DNA of 64,000 nucleotides. Origin: Ophelia neglecta (lineage: Eukaryota). Both the position numbers and the translations under genes were made by a program. Below the pieces are notes generated by a model. That model had not been told where the DNA came from. It was given only the letters and a program-made list of their open reading frames with translations, and did not search any database. Below are positions 37,910 through 51,593 of the stretch, piece after piece. Position 1 is the first letter of the stretch. Every line of letters starts with the position of its first letter. The stretch covers positions 74,276,001 through 74,340,000 of the forward strand of contig OZ260663.1 of NCBI GenBank assembly GCA_965285935.1, read 5' to 3'.

Positions 37910-39819
37910 TTGCTATAATCATAAGATGGTTTCAAGCATGAGATTGGGGGAAGAGCACTTATTGGAAATATTACCTAATTGATTACACTTTTTTTAAATA
38001 CTTAACTGTTTAGTACAGAAAATACATTACACATAATAAGTAGCAGTTGCAGCATGCCTTTCTCCATGTACATGTATTCTAAATGGATTGAATAAGGAAA
38101 TAATTTTTAAATATACGGGTTTACAAAAGTATTTTAAAAAACATTGATAAGGTAGAAGGTAATAATAAAAAAAATGAAAAAGGGGATTTAAATTAGAAAT
38201 TTTTAATTTTAATTTTATTCCTATTTCCAATAGATTTGGCCAGGACCATCTTGTAAACCATGATATTAAAAAATGATTGCCTAAGTAGGCATACCTGTAA
38301 GGTGGAACACCGTAGGTCAGTTTGGCCCCAACTGGTATCCTCAAGCTGAAACACTGTATGTCCGTTAGACTTCAATACCAGTATACATGTATATCAGTGT
38401 AAATCTCAGGTCTCTGATTGTAATCGTGAATTAAAGGATTCAGGTCATACCCACATGAAATGGTGTGGAGAAAATATGACCACTGAATGATCAGTGGGCT
38501 TCCCATTCTACCTTTGTATGTCTTGTACAGGAATTTATGTCTCTTTTAGTTGAGAATCAGCATTTTATCTTGTTAGAACACTAAAACTGCTCAAATTAGC
38601 ATTCTTTCATTTTCAATATCACATGAACCAGATGACCAGGCATGTTCTGTTTCAACATTCTGCCTTCTTGAGTTTGAGGAGAACCAAATTACTGGCTCCA
38701 AGATAAGAAACAGGTGGAAAACTTTGTGCTATCTTCATGATCAGGAGAACAAGAATGCTCCTAGTACAGATTTTCACTCACTGAAAAGTTCATCTGACCT
38801 TATGGGTGTGGATGCATACAAAATACTTGTAACGTGCCACTTCTAATTGCGTTCTGGCTCCAATGAAACACATGGCCGTGAGAGATTTCTCATAGCAACC
38901 TTGGCAAGTTCCCTTGTTCTAATTACCTGCTAGTCTTCTCAGTAGAAACAATAATACAATCTGTGAGGTAGGAGGTGGGGGGTATGCCAATAAAGATACT
39001 GCCAGCCATTTAGGTACCACATTGTCTTTCACTTTTTCCATACTTAGATTAATAACTTTTTATAAAAGAAACCACACTGGCACCGTGCCTTATTGTGGAC
39101 ATTACTCCTGCATTAATATAAAGTTTCTCAAGACTACAAAATTGATGTGTCTAATCCTGACTTCTGGGAGATGTTTTCTATCAGTAGAACTTCAACTGTA
39201 TCATTTTTTGACTAGTCCCAATTTTTGTTTTCTCCTACCCTCATGTCCTTACTTATAATTCAAGTTTGTAATTTCAAGGGCAAGACAGTTTTAAGTTACT
39301 GCCACATGCTGTAGAGTTAAGATAAAGGGGATATAAGCACTAGTAGAAGGAATATTGGGCATCAAACATTTGAAGCTGGGTTGAATACCAGATATTTGAA
39401 GATTTGAGTGGCCAGTACTGGTAAGGAGCAGTTTATCATTCTGCTCTGTGTTAGTACAGGTGGTGATGACCAGCCCTGCTGGTAGTCTGCAGATAGATAG
39501 CAGAGTCTAATCCTTTTTGGAGGGTGAAAACATAATCATACTATTAGCTCATCAGTTGTGTTTGACACAAGAGCCTCAAGTCCATGCATGAGGTGGTCTG
39601 GCGGTGACATGAATCAGGTCTCGGGACACTATCATGACCCATCATGCTGCAGGGGACGCCTTGACCAATGGGATGCTACAACTGACATTACCACAGTCTC
39701 TACAATGTCTGCACTCCCACACTCGCCGTGTACAATTGATGGTTTGTTTGAATGTGATTTTCAGCAAATGTATGCCCAGCTAGAAATACATGTCCCTTTT
39801 GCCTCTCTTAACCAAAATA

Positions 39820-40145
39820 CAGTGTGTCCAGATCATAGCTTATATCGAGGGCTTGGTGCAAAAACGGTCTTCCGCAAAAAATTGAAAAAAGTATTTTTTA
39901 AAATTGATAAGGGTGGGGATCTTCATATTCTGTAAAGGTTTCAGAGCAAAATGTCAATTTGATCTCAAGTTATAACATAAAGGAAAACGTCTAACTCAAA
40001 TTTGAAAATTTGGGTGCAACAATGGTCTATCTCATTGATTTAGAACTTTGTTGCATAAAAATGGGATATGTTGCTTTTGGTATGGTCTCCATTCAGTCTA
40101 AATCACCTAGAGCTTACAACTAATATAATATATTGGAACACACTG
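39820..40145. mobile_element. Degenerate Tc1/mariner-type MITE (~326 bp)
   Basis: TA-CAGTGTGTCCA at 39818-39830 and TGGAACACACTG at 40134-40145 form imperfect TIRs. The interior is A/T-tract-rich and non-coding; the right TA is not intact. Confidence 0.45.
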
Positions 40146-42509
40146 GAACCTTATCTGACTGATGAGTTAGACATTTGTTGCACATAAGAAAATATCATGG
40201 GGATTGAGTTTGACCTTCAGCTCTCCGAAATTTGTTTTGTTCCTCCTGAAAAATGATTGAAAGTGAGTTAGATTGTTATTACACCCCACCCTCAATATGG
40301 TCCTTTTTCCCTCTGACTTTAAAGGTAGTACAGAACATATTGTGTAAGATTAGAATATAGCAAAAACAAGAAAATAATATTGTATACCAGTTTTTCTTGA
40401 ATAATTAGCAGAGTGTTTGATAAAGTACTGGCCTATGAATTTTTGTCATGATACTTTGCTTAAAGATAATCAAAAGGTTGAATATGACATATATTAAGAA
40501 CTAAAAAGGTCAATTGGCATGTCATATTCCTAGCTGTGCTGACACATTTACCTTAAAATCACAGTTTACCAATCATTTAATCACATTTTACCAATTATTT
40601 CTTTACATCACCGATGTTCAGAATATATTCATCTTTTCGTATTTATACCCAATCAGAACCTTACAAGACTTAAGTGTTTGTGTACGCCCATCAGAGTGTT
40701 GAGCTACCCGATAATTGTGCTCCATCTTGTACATATGATTAAGTTTAAACCAACAAGAGGTTATTCCAGCCCGTCAATTGTCTCCCATATTTTCTCTTGC
40801 AATTGGTATGCAAGTTCCAGCATGCATTTGAAATGCATGCTTGTCATATGCAATGATGACATGACTCATTGTGAATGCCCGCATTTCAGCTTTAGATTTT
40901 TGTTTATGACGGCACATTACAGCACTAGTATGATGGTTACCAATAGTTTGTAAAGGAAATAGTGTTGCCCTACATCCAAGGCATCATTGTCTCCTGTTAT
41001 TTAGATGGGAAGCTTTGTGTATTGTTTCTCCTTTTAGTTTGATATGTAAACAAACCAGTATATGTGGGATAAACCAGTTGGCTTTCCAGGCATCAACAGG
41101 TACTGTTTTAGTGTCAAACCATCATCTATCTGTTAATAAGAACATCTTATGCTTCTTAACTCAGACCTATCTTAGTCTCTTCTCAACCTTGGCTGTTTCT
41201 AAAATGGAGGTTTCGCTGCCATTAGATAGGGGGGGAGGGGCATAAATGGTGACATCCTCCTTTTTTTGGGGGGGGGGGGGGCTGTCATACAAAAAAATCA
41301 TGTTCAAAATTCAAATACAATTTCTTACCTGGGGGGGCATAGAATTGGTGTGGTCACTGACAGGGGAATCATAATGTTTTACTTAACCCTCCCCCCCCCC
41401 CCACCCCACCCACTACTATATTAAATAACACCTCCCAGTAATGCTGGCATTTTATAAAGTTTTTAAGCATTTTGAGTTTTGAGTGTGTACCTTGGCTTAA
41501 TACCTGGATATTACCATTTGATCCAGGATGCCTATTTTGGTATCTCTATTGATTAGTTTTGTCATATTTGAACTTGGACATACTGAGCAAACCTTGAGGT
41601 TATCTGTACAAACAGAGAAGCTGGTGGAGCTGTTTGTGAGTTGGCTTGGGAGGAAGCTAAATCACAGTTCAATAGGCTCGCACTAATATGGAGATCTGGA
41701 AGGGTGTCCGTCTGCAAACACTGGGTCAGTTCGCCGAGCCCTGCTTAAACCTGTTCAAATACAAGATTTTTATTATGTATCTTTTTTAATCAATGATTTG
41801 ACATTCAAGCAGCTGGTGATGCATAAAATGCGGTTGATTGGCTTGGAGAGATAATGAAGACCTAAGAGATGGCTAAAATGGCTTTCTCCTTGGCCACCTG
41901 TGCTAGCTGTGCTATATATCTTTTCATTGTTGTTATCAGACAGGCCAAGCTGTAACATACCCTGGGATGATGGCATTATTTTTTCAATAAATAATACCTG
42001 CATGTGTGATAGGGGCATTTAATTTATATCTGGGAATTTGATACTACATCGGTGGTTACAGAAGTGCCATAAGAACAAAAGGGAGCAGGCTGTGTCAGTG
42101 TAATGGCTTATTATACCAAGTGATATCTGTGTAGATCTACTGCTATATGATAAGGTCAGTGAAACATTGGAGGGCTAATGTGTATTATTCCATTTCTGCA
42201 TTACTGTCAAAATGGATTCTATTTTATTAATTATTATGTTGATGCATTACTCTTTTGATTATGGAGGTGCCATATGGTATATGATATCCAGATTAGAACA
42301 GCTGAAGTAATTGTGCATGCAACATGCTCTAACCAAATGCACCTAGCCCAAATAAAAATACAAAAACAGTATAAAAGTATTCTTTGCGTTGGAGAAAAAG
42401 TTACAAAAGGGAATTTAAGCTACATAATATAGATTTTCCATAAGGTTACATTCATGACAAAATAACCGGTACAGTCACCTTTTAGCAAAGTAAGTGGCCT
42501 AGTATACAG

Positions 42510-42965
42510 CAAATAAAAACCTAGTCACAGCTGAATCCTGAAGGTCTTTTGAGAGCATGGGACTTGATATAAATGCATTTTAAAGTTCTTTAGTTCTAGG
42601 ATGAATATTTAAAGCTAAGTCAGACAAGCTAGGAAATGGTGCCTTTCTCTTGTAGAATGTCTTGACAGTGGCATGGTCATTACTTGTCCATTTTAAGGCT
42701 ATCTTGGGGTGTATCAGATGTATGGAAGTTGGTAATCGCTGACTTGGGGATAGCATGGGGCAACAAAGTATACACCGAGGAGTAATCTTTATCCATTTAG
42801 GGATTACGTGGGATCTGACTCAAGATGTCAGAAACATTTATCCCAAACTCTGGCAAGGATTTGGTTCTCTGTAGTATTCTCTGGCTTGTAGGGGTTTGTT
42901 TAATTTATGTATCAGCCTCCAAGCTCAGGTGTTCCTGGATGCATTGTGCTGGCAATGAACTCATT
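42510..42965 (+). mobile_element. Highly decayed LINE reverse-transcriptase C-terminal fragment
   Basis: Collinear relics SMGLDIN, F*DEYLKLS (42594, cf. FADDIxLxS), MS*QWH (cf. YSxKWR), HLGITWD (42794), YSLACRGL (42875, cf. YSLMGxGL). The FADD-to-HLGI spacing is ~67 codons. Many stops and frameshifts. Confidence 0.45.
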
Positions 42966-43689
42966 TAAGACTCTGATCATGACCCTGGTGGCATTGAGAC
43001 TGATCCATGACAACAGGTCTCCTGAAAGTAAACTGATAACATGATACATCCACCAGCTTTGTACAGCACTTTGTTAACATTTAATACCTAACTCTTTCAT
43101 TTTGTATTTCCATTTGCCAGAGACACAAGGAAACTGGATTTTATTCTTCTGCTCTCAGCCATGAAACAACAATTTATATCAATCTTATGCTTCTAAGATG
43201 TATTTTAAAGATGTGAGAGTGTAGTTGTGGGTGTACATGGGTTACATTGTCTCCTAACCTCCTATATCAGACTTTACTGGCCTCCAATGTTGTGAGTTAA
43301 GACCTAACATTGATTTTGGAAGGATTTTTGGAAGGATGGGGCTCATTTGTGTCAGGTTTACCCTAGTACAAGCACATGATTGTATTGAGTTGACCTTGTC
43401 TGCTGATAGATTGACTTGCATCAGATTTCAAACATCGTAAGACATTTATGGATAAATCTTTATAACAAAGAAACCATTGATTGAATTACCTATCACTGAA
43501 ATGTACATGAATACATACTGGTAATTAAACTGTGTCCTTCACTGCCGAGCATGGAGGCCTGTCAGGGCTAAGCTGGTCTAATGCTGGGGACATCTCCTGG
43601 GACTCAGATCTGAGTGGGTTTTATGTAGATATATAGCAACGGTTCAATCTTAGACCACTCCTTGTGAGCTGACCTGAACTACCCCTCCA

Positions 43690-43705
43690 CCGCCCTTTAT
43701 AAAAA
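43690..43705 (+). promoter_or_regulatory. Adjacent GC box and TATA box
   Basis: CCGCCC (43690-43695) followed by TATAAAAA (43698-43705) in a locally CpG-containing segment. No clear donor site downstream. Confidence 0.2.
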
Positions 43706-44561
43706 CCCTTCCTCCCACGGGTCGAGAAGAGAAAGACACAGCTGTGGAGGCAACGATTTTGCATTTGCTAACAGCTTTGTAGAGTGTATGCGGCCCATTG
43801 GGGAGATGCTGCAGTGTTTGCCCAAGCCATCAGGCCAGCTGCCTCCCTGCCTGCTTTTCTCTCCACCAAATGACAGAAATCTATCACTCTATAACAAATG
43901 TGCTGCCGACTCAGCCCGCAATGTATTAGGTAGTCTGGGGAGGGATTGAAATCCCTAACCACCCTATGGCTTTAACAGATCTGATCTAATAACCTGAAAG
44001 CAATTTTTAGCTTAATCATCGTAATCACTTTGCCAAGCTAGTTTTTTTATTAAAAACCTGTATGAAAAGGGAATCAGCTAGGCATTTTCTGCTTTTATTA
44101 ACTTTTTCTGCTGCATCCCTTTTGGGTAGTATTTTTTACTGCTATGCTATGTTCTTTGCCCATCTACGTTGTCCTGCTAGTTCTCTGGGTTCACATGGAC
44201 ATGCACCTAGATTATTAAAATGACAACTGTAACCTACCATAACTTGTTCATGTGATTAACTCATGTGATTAATGCCTTCATTCTTTGGTGATTGTTTGAA
44301 TTGATTGAGAAATATTAGTTTGAGAACATACACTCTGCTCTGATGACCTTTTAATCCCAAACACCTAATGCCTGTGGACAGTGCTTTCTCTGGTGATAAT
44401 ACTAAGAACCAGTGTCAAGATTCCAGTAGATTCCTGTACATAGATGGAATACTTTATCATTAAAATAAACAGTAAAGCAACATAGAGATAAAATTTGTAT
44501 CAAAACATGTTATGAATAAATTGTCTGGTTTTTACTCATCTTAAATAATTTATATTTTCAG

Positions 44562-44582
44562 AAATCAAACAGAAGCTGTGTG
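44562..44582 (+). other. Candidate 21-nt frame-preserving microexon
   Basis: TACTCAT branch-like motif (~44533), TATATTTTCAG acceptor ending 44561, exon AAATCAAACAGAAGCTGTGTG, then G|GTAAGT donor at 44583. Open in all three phases (KSNRSCV / xIKQKLCx / NQTEAVx). Confidence 0.55.
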
Positions 44583-44820
44583 GTAAGTTCAATTGCTCCT
44601 TTTATTTGAACTTGAGATCGAAAAATATCTGTAAGGTCATAAAAATAGGTCCAAAGTTTTAGTTCTGTTATAATATTTCATGTTTAATCTTTCGACACTT
44701 CCACGGTGTACTAACTAGTGATAGTTTTTCGGCAAACTCCTGTTAGAGCTCTCTGTGGTCTGTGGGTGCCCTGTTAAAGTGAGTTTCTGTTTGAGAAGAA
44801 TGCTTGGTGTTGTCTTCCTA

Positions 44821-44943
44821 GTGCATCTGCCAAATGTTTCTGCCCGATGCATCTGCCCAGTGCATCTGCCTTGGTCTGCCCAGTGTGTCTGCCAAGTACC
44901 TCTGCCCAGCGCCTCTGCCCTGCATCTGCCCAGTGCGTCTGCT
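44821..44943. repeat. ~13-15-bp degenerate tandem repeat
   Basis: About nine copies of GTGCATCTGCCCA-like units. Confidence 0.85.
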
Positions 44944-47900
44944 GGCAAACATCCTGAGTTGGTACCTGTACCTGTGGGAGAGGAGCCTGCCCTGTCTTTC
45001 TAATAAGAGAATCCCTAGGGCCAGTGGTTTGTTTTATGAAAACCAGTTGTGGTGGAAAAGGCAACCATCAGCTAAATTGGTTTGTGGAAATGAGGGCCAG
45101 GTGTCGGGAGGTAAACTTGTCCAGATCCACAGAGAAGAAAGCCAGCTCCCGGTGATAGCAAAAGAATGCCGACATCTGGTTCTGGGCTGCTTGCTCCTCA
45201 TGTATTTGTATCTTGATGCCAGAGCCTGGTCGGGGATGTGATCTTTATCATCCCCAGATTGCAAACTCAAGCTCAATTTCGGTGCCCCCATAGCATACCA
45301 GGCCTTTGGGTTAGGCCTGAGGCAAGGTTTTACTCCTTTAAATCCATATTGTACCCAGTGAAAGCCTACCTGGACCCATAGTAAAGGTCGGCAAAGTTCT
45401 CGCTGATTATGACTGCCAGGTTGAAATCAGGAATTTTGATTATTACCTCACCAAACAAAAACAGATTTAGAGTTAGTAAAAACAAGTGATGCCAGCTTAT
45501 AAGAGAAAAAGAGCTCATATATAAAATGACAGCCCTGTTCCTCAGAGTGACTGTCAGAATCTTCAAATAGTATAGGTGGGATTTTTACATACCAAAGTGG
45601 AATTAGCTTTGTTAAATACCAGGCATTTTACTGTCAGATAAAGAAACAGTTTGTCAACACTTTCTAGTTTTGTGATAGTCTGATCAATAATAATAACAGG
45701 TCAGTCATGTAAAAACAGTGATGGCTTGAAGTATGTAGTGTATAGTTTTAATGACGGCAGGTTTGAAAAGTGCTGGCATGTGTTTGGTTGGCTTACATTG
45801 CTTATCAATATAGCATGATTAACAAACCGATGAGACATGCATTGTTTAGTGTTTGACTTGACAATATGTTGACCTGTCTGATCCAATCAAGCCATGTTTT
45901 CTTGGGTATTGGCTGGCTGGTCAAGGGGAAAAACAATAATTATCGCTATATCGAGCTGGTGGGGAAGGGCACAATTTGTTTCTGTGTTTGTTTATTGATG
46001 TATTGGTAAAGTGTTTTGTGCCAGTAGATTGGGATCATCCAAAACAACTAAGTCAGATTATCATATGGCCAAACTGTGATGAAAGAGACATTTTATTTGT
46101 ATTTTGATTTGTTATATTCATGTAGCTTTACACTTGTGGAAGTAAATTATATGAAAAACAAGATGTTCTTGCATTTACTTTATCCTGCTACAAACCCTCA
46201 CAAAACAAAGGAAAAGACAATAGAACTAAAATCAAGGTATGATAAATGAGTAATAAGAACTCTGTCAGACAGATTTGTGATATTCTTAAACTGTTACAGT
46301 TCAAAAGCAAATACATGTATTGAAAATCAAACAATCAGTTTCCTTGTTCATAAAATGAATATATATGTAACATATAGTGAGAAATTCTGTCCTAAAAGTT
46401 CAAACATGGTTTCACTCATGATCCCTCTCCTCCCCCTCCCCGTCCCTCCACCCTCCATACACACAACCATGTCCAGCTCTTAAAGCTGGGGTACACCACT
46501 GTGTCCATGTGTACAAGGCCATATGTTCCCCCACTGGTGGTAGGATTGATTTTATTGAACTCTACCCTGATATTCGATAGAATTGACAATCGCTTGAGAG
46601 ATGAATGTCGGCTTAGGCCCGGTAAAACAACAAGTATTGGCCCGTTATGTAAAGCCCTCCGATGTCTGGCGGGGAATTCTGCTTGTGGCAGGGCGCCTCT
46701 TCACACTGACAACATATGTCGTCCTACACACAGGAATCACCAGCCGGTATTGATATCCTGGCAGCATTTTTATCAGTTTTGCTGAATCAATTAATGCAAA
46801 ATTTATGGAGAGTTTCTAAAGTAAACCCAAGTTGGGAGCCGACCTGAGCCAATATTCCGATTAGGCAGGCAAAAAATTGGATAAATTCTTGAATAATTTA
46901 TCCAACACCTGTATAGCCTCAGTTTTTTCCGTGGACAAAGTTGTCCTTCGTGCTTAAAGAGGAGGAATATTGGCCACTGGACATTGACACGTCACTATTC
47001 GTAGGCACCTTGGGAACAGCGACAACTGCCACACTCTGTGCCAATTTCACCAACACTCTCAATGACGTTTTCACTTCCTTTGAGGGTGTTGTAATCGGTG
47101 AAACTTTGTATGATAGTGTGTGAGATGTTGTGCTGGAAATATTTGCACGCTCATCGATGTCACTTGCTGTCTTTCATGCCCGTTTTCTGAGAGGCAGTTC
47201 ATGTTATGGATTGTGTGAAACAACCCACCCTCTATCTTGGTATATCACCAAACTCGGAAGCTTTTTTGTTTGTCACAAAAGTAGTTTCTGTAGTCACAAT
47301 ACAATGACTTGTACATTAGCCAAAAAAGTTTGTTCTGAGATGTGGAAACGCTTTGATTTGTGTGCTAAAGGCTCTTTGTCTAAGCAGGTATCCCCGATTG
47401 ATTGCTAAAGAAGCAAAATGTCTTCTGTTTTCTGCACAATATTGACCATCATAATTGATAGTGAGGAGCTGGTTTCTTCCCAGATTGTGGGGAGGTAAGA
47501 ATGTCAGGCGTTGTTCCTCCTGTCAGGTTAATGTTTTATGTCACATTATATTGGTTTTTTTCTATCAATACAAATTCAATATGGAGACATGCCACACTTA
47601 GTTTAACAGGTGTTAAGTCGTACACAGCAATCATTGTGGGAAGAAAGTGGTATTGAAACTTGGGTGTTAATCCTATAAGGACCCAAGCATTCTCATTCTG
47701 GATGCACACAGCATCAATACTGTCTATTTGTATTGTGCTAGGCAGCCGTCAGTTTAAACAGAAATGATATAGACTTCAAAGAAAATGCCATCACTAGCAT
47801 AGATAACAAAACGATATGTAATTGGTCTTTTTGAATGTCCATTGACCCAACCAGGATTTGATATGTACCGTCCTACTGTTCTCTGTCCCATTTCATTGGG

Positions 47901-50900
47901 GCCAAAAATATTGGAAACGACCAATGTGTATTCAGAAGGCGGGCGGCACACCTGATGACGCAGACCAGATCGAGTGGCCCGGTAGACGGCCAGACCACCA
48001 TTTCCATATTTTAGTTAAAACAGTAACTACTTTTTATTCCCCACATCAATGTTAGCTCCATTGGCCAAGCTAGACATGTGTTGACACTGCCCCCTGTTGG
48101 TGACCCCTGCCCTCCACTCTCACTGCACAGTCCCTCGTGTCCTCAAAGTGCCCACATCAATTTGTCTTGGGAATCATGAAGAAGATCACTCTTCCAGTTT
48201 CATCATACATTGTTTTTCCTGACAACCATATCTCAATGACCCTACGACCTCTGTCAAAGCGGGTTTACACTTTACCTGCTGGTTTAGCACATTTTCCTAA
48301 TTTTCACCCAAAGAGGTTACGATACCAATGTATAATTGGATTTGAACACTCAATAAAGGGAAACAGGATACCAGGTTAGAGGGGCTCCTTTCCTGATGTG
48401 AGGCTGTCCAGAGACTCACACTTTATTGCCTGAATACAACATAGATTTGCAGCTCGGCAGTTTGGAAGAAATAAAACTTCAAAAAGACATTGATGTTGGT
48501 TAGAAGTCTGAGGTCTGCAATCCTGACATAGCAAAAGATTAACTATGTCAAAAGGTTCACATAATGTTCTTATTTCATATTTAAAGAAAACATGCATCAA
48601 ATTCTATAAGTCTGCATGTACATCTAAATCAAGTGTGTTTTTCTTGTCTGGGCGTGTTTTTCATTAGAATGATTTAGACTGGTTTCTAATTATTAACTTG
48701 CTGGTGTTTTATCACACCTGTCATCTATCATAATGCTGTTATCTTGCCAGGTATTTCAGTTCCCACCAAACTGACTTTCCTATTTGATACATTTGCCCCA
48801 CAGGATTGAACATCTTCTAACAAGCTGGCATGAGAGTTTGATTAAGCCGCTATTTCCATATTTCCTGGCGCCACTCCTCCGGAGGGGCCGTACCATGTGA
48901 AAAACGCATCTGATCCTCCAGCCACATGAGACTAATGTCCAAATTGTTAACATATATGTATCAGGGGTGTATATTCATTATCGCCTCCAGATCATTTTTA
49001 ATAGAAGCCAGGTGCAGCAAAAATCAAAGCGGGGCATGAAAATAACTCAGCAACTTCGCACCTGCTCTCATATAGCAGGGTGGAAAGAGACATCATTGGC
49101 TCTGGTTGAGTGTATATTGAATGGCTGCACCAGCCAGTCGCCAGAACCTGTCAAGGCCCGCTGATAAAGCTCATAAGGGTTCGGCTGATGTATGCCATCA
49201 GGTGGCCCATAGTAGGGGTTAGATTCCTCAGGTCAGCTGACAGGGTGATAACATGGGATATTGCATACTGTCCGGGGTGATATCAAAATAGATCAGGTGT
49301 CCAGATGACTAGGTGTGTTAGCTGTGGAGCTCTGAGTGGCCTACCACCATTAATTACCTGCCATGCTGGACACGAGCAGCCGGTGAAATATGCCTAGATT
49401 CATGTCAACAACTGCTGCTATAATTAATTGACAACTTATGCCAATCTGATTAACTTTGTGTAGATTGTGTTCCGATTAAAGAAATCTGCAATAAATTGGG
49501 TGCTACTGAGAAAAATAATGTACTGTGAACTGAACAAATGGTAACTGGTAGGCTTGGCACTGTGCTGCCTGTGATATGTAGTCTGAATGATTTGAGGCCT
49601 AATCCATAATTCAGCCGAGCTGGATAGTACCATATGGTGGGTTTCATTGTGATGGGGTTGCTTATTCAAGTGAGAACGATAGCTTTGTGCAGGGATTGTG
49701 TTGTTGTTGGAAGTGCCACAATCCAGGGATGACACCAAGGGGAATCTGCTATCATCTGGTGCTGTTCCCTGATCCATTACCATGATTATCTCATGAAACT
49801 TGTCAATATTATCATGAGCCCCTCTATTAATATACCATACAAAAACAACATCTATCCCCCTTCATATAATCAAAGAGTCAGGGCCATTCCCATGTTACTT
49901 GAAAACAAAACCTACCTCTTAGATCCTTTTATACATGTGTATGTAGCTATATAAATTGTCATGTGTGACCTTTATAGTGCTTGGTCATGTGTTTTTTTTT
50001 GTTTTGCAGCTAAATGCGTTGAGTATGGGATTTTATAAATGTCCGGTTATAAAAACTTACAGGAAAAGTTTTAAAAAACTGTCAATGTACCCAAACAAGC
50101 GTGGCACCAGTTTGTCTCTTTGGGATTGATGTCACTTACAATATGTATGTTCAAAGTGTTTTTAATCTGACAGTGTTTATGATGTGACAGTTATTACTAT
50201 GTGAAAGTATTTATGATGTCACTTTGTTTGTACTGTGCATATAATTATCTAGTGTGCCTTGCTTTTGAGTTAATGATAACATGATGAATAAAGTACATAA
50301 AGATCACTTTGAGTTTTTTACAAGTATTTACCAGACCTGCAGCGACTTCCATGAGTATGTTGAACATGTTGAAGCTAAGTTAAAATATCAAAATCAGTAA
50401 TGTTGTCAAAAAATATTCACATCAAAGTGTGCACAAGTTTTTAAGCCTGCAAAAGAACTTGTCTGTTTTAGTTTTCCTATATTTTATCCTCTAAGTGATA
50501 TTCATGGCCCCTATTTTCTCTGGAAATCAGTTTGAAGCCGTGTGTTTTGATTCTGATTTTCTCCTCCTTTTGATGGTTCTAGCCCACTGTTTACAAGAAT
50601 GCAGCCACGCCAGGAAGATGCCGTTTTCGCCATTCCACAATTTCACAACTGTGAGTTTTTAACAAGCAGATATATAGGCCCTCCTGATCTGTGCAGGTGT
50701 TATCAGCCATCAGCTGGAGGAATATTTTCTTTTGTCACATAACTTGGGTTAAGGAAACAGTTTTAGTGGCGACCATGTCATTTATTTAAGTATTATTGAT
50801 TTCATTACAAAAAATTACAAAAAAAAACAACAATACTGGGTATTCCTGTGACTAAAGGACATGCTAATTAGTCATTGATTGTGATTATGTATTGTCTGAT

Positions 50901-51593
50901 GATAGCTGAGATTTGGTAGAGCTATGCCTGTGTATTTGACATATCTCTGGCCAGTGGGTGGGTTGACTCACACCCCTCCATGGGAACCCTGGTTACAGCC
51001 AGGATAAGCCACTAGCCACCCCTACCTAGTCATAGGGACCAGTCAGAGCAGAGGAGGGCTGCTTTCTGTAAGAGTCTGGTTAGTTTACTAATTGCGGGTG
51101 GAGGTAAATAAACAAGCAGAGCATGTGTGGAATTGTACAGCTGATAAGCCAGCTGTGTGGGGCGCAAGTGGAAGCAGACAGCGAGCAGACATGCTGGAGC
51201 CTGGAGAACCTGTTCTGTCTGTCACCAATGCCCCCTCTCAGCTGGCATGGGCCTTCATCTCAGCTGCTAGGACAGGGGCCCAACTGGTCTTTCCTATGAA
51301 CAGCACACCTCCCTGTAGCACACTGAATGGCCAAGAGCGAAGGCTGGCCTTCCATATATTTTTCAAACAGTGTTTATTGTTCTGGTCAGTGAAGTATAGT
51401 ATTTTGATATACCCGGTATGTATGTGAACATACATGTTTATGATACATTTGTTTTTAATGGATAATTAAAATGATAATAATAACAATGAGTGGCATTTCA
51501 ATTTCGAAATACAAATCTTTATTGCATGATGATTAACTTTAATAAATGCAAAGGTTCTCGACGATATTTGGAACTTTTGACTTGCTGACTTGA

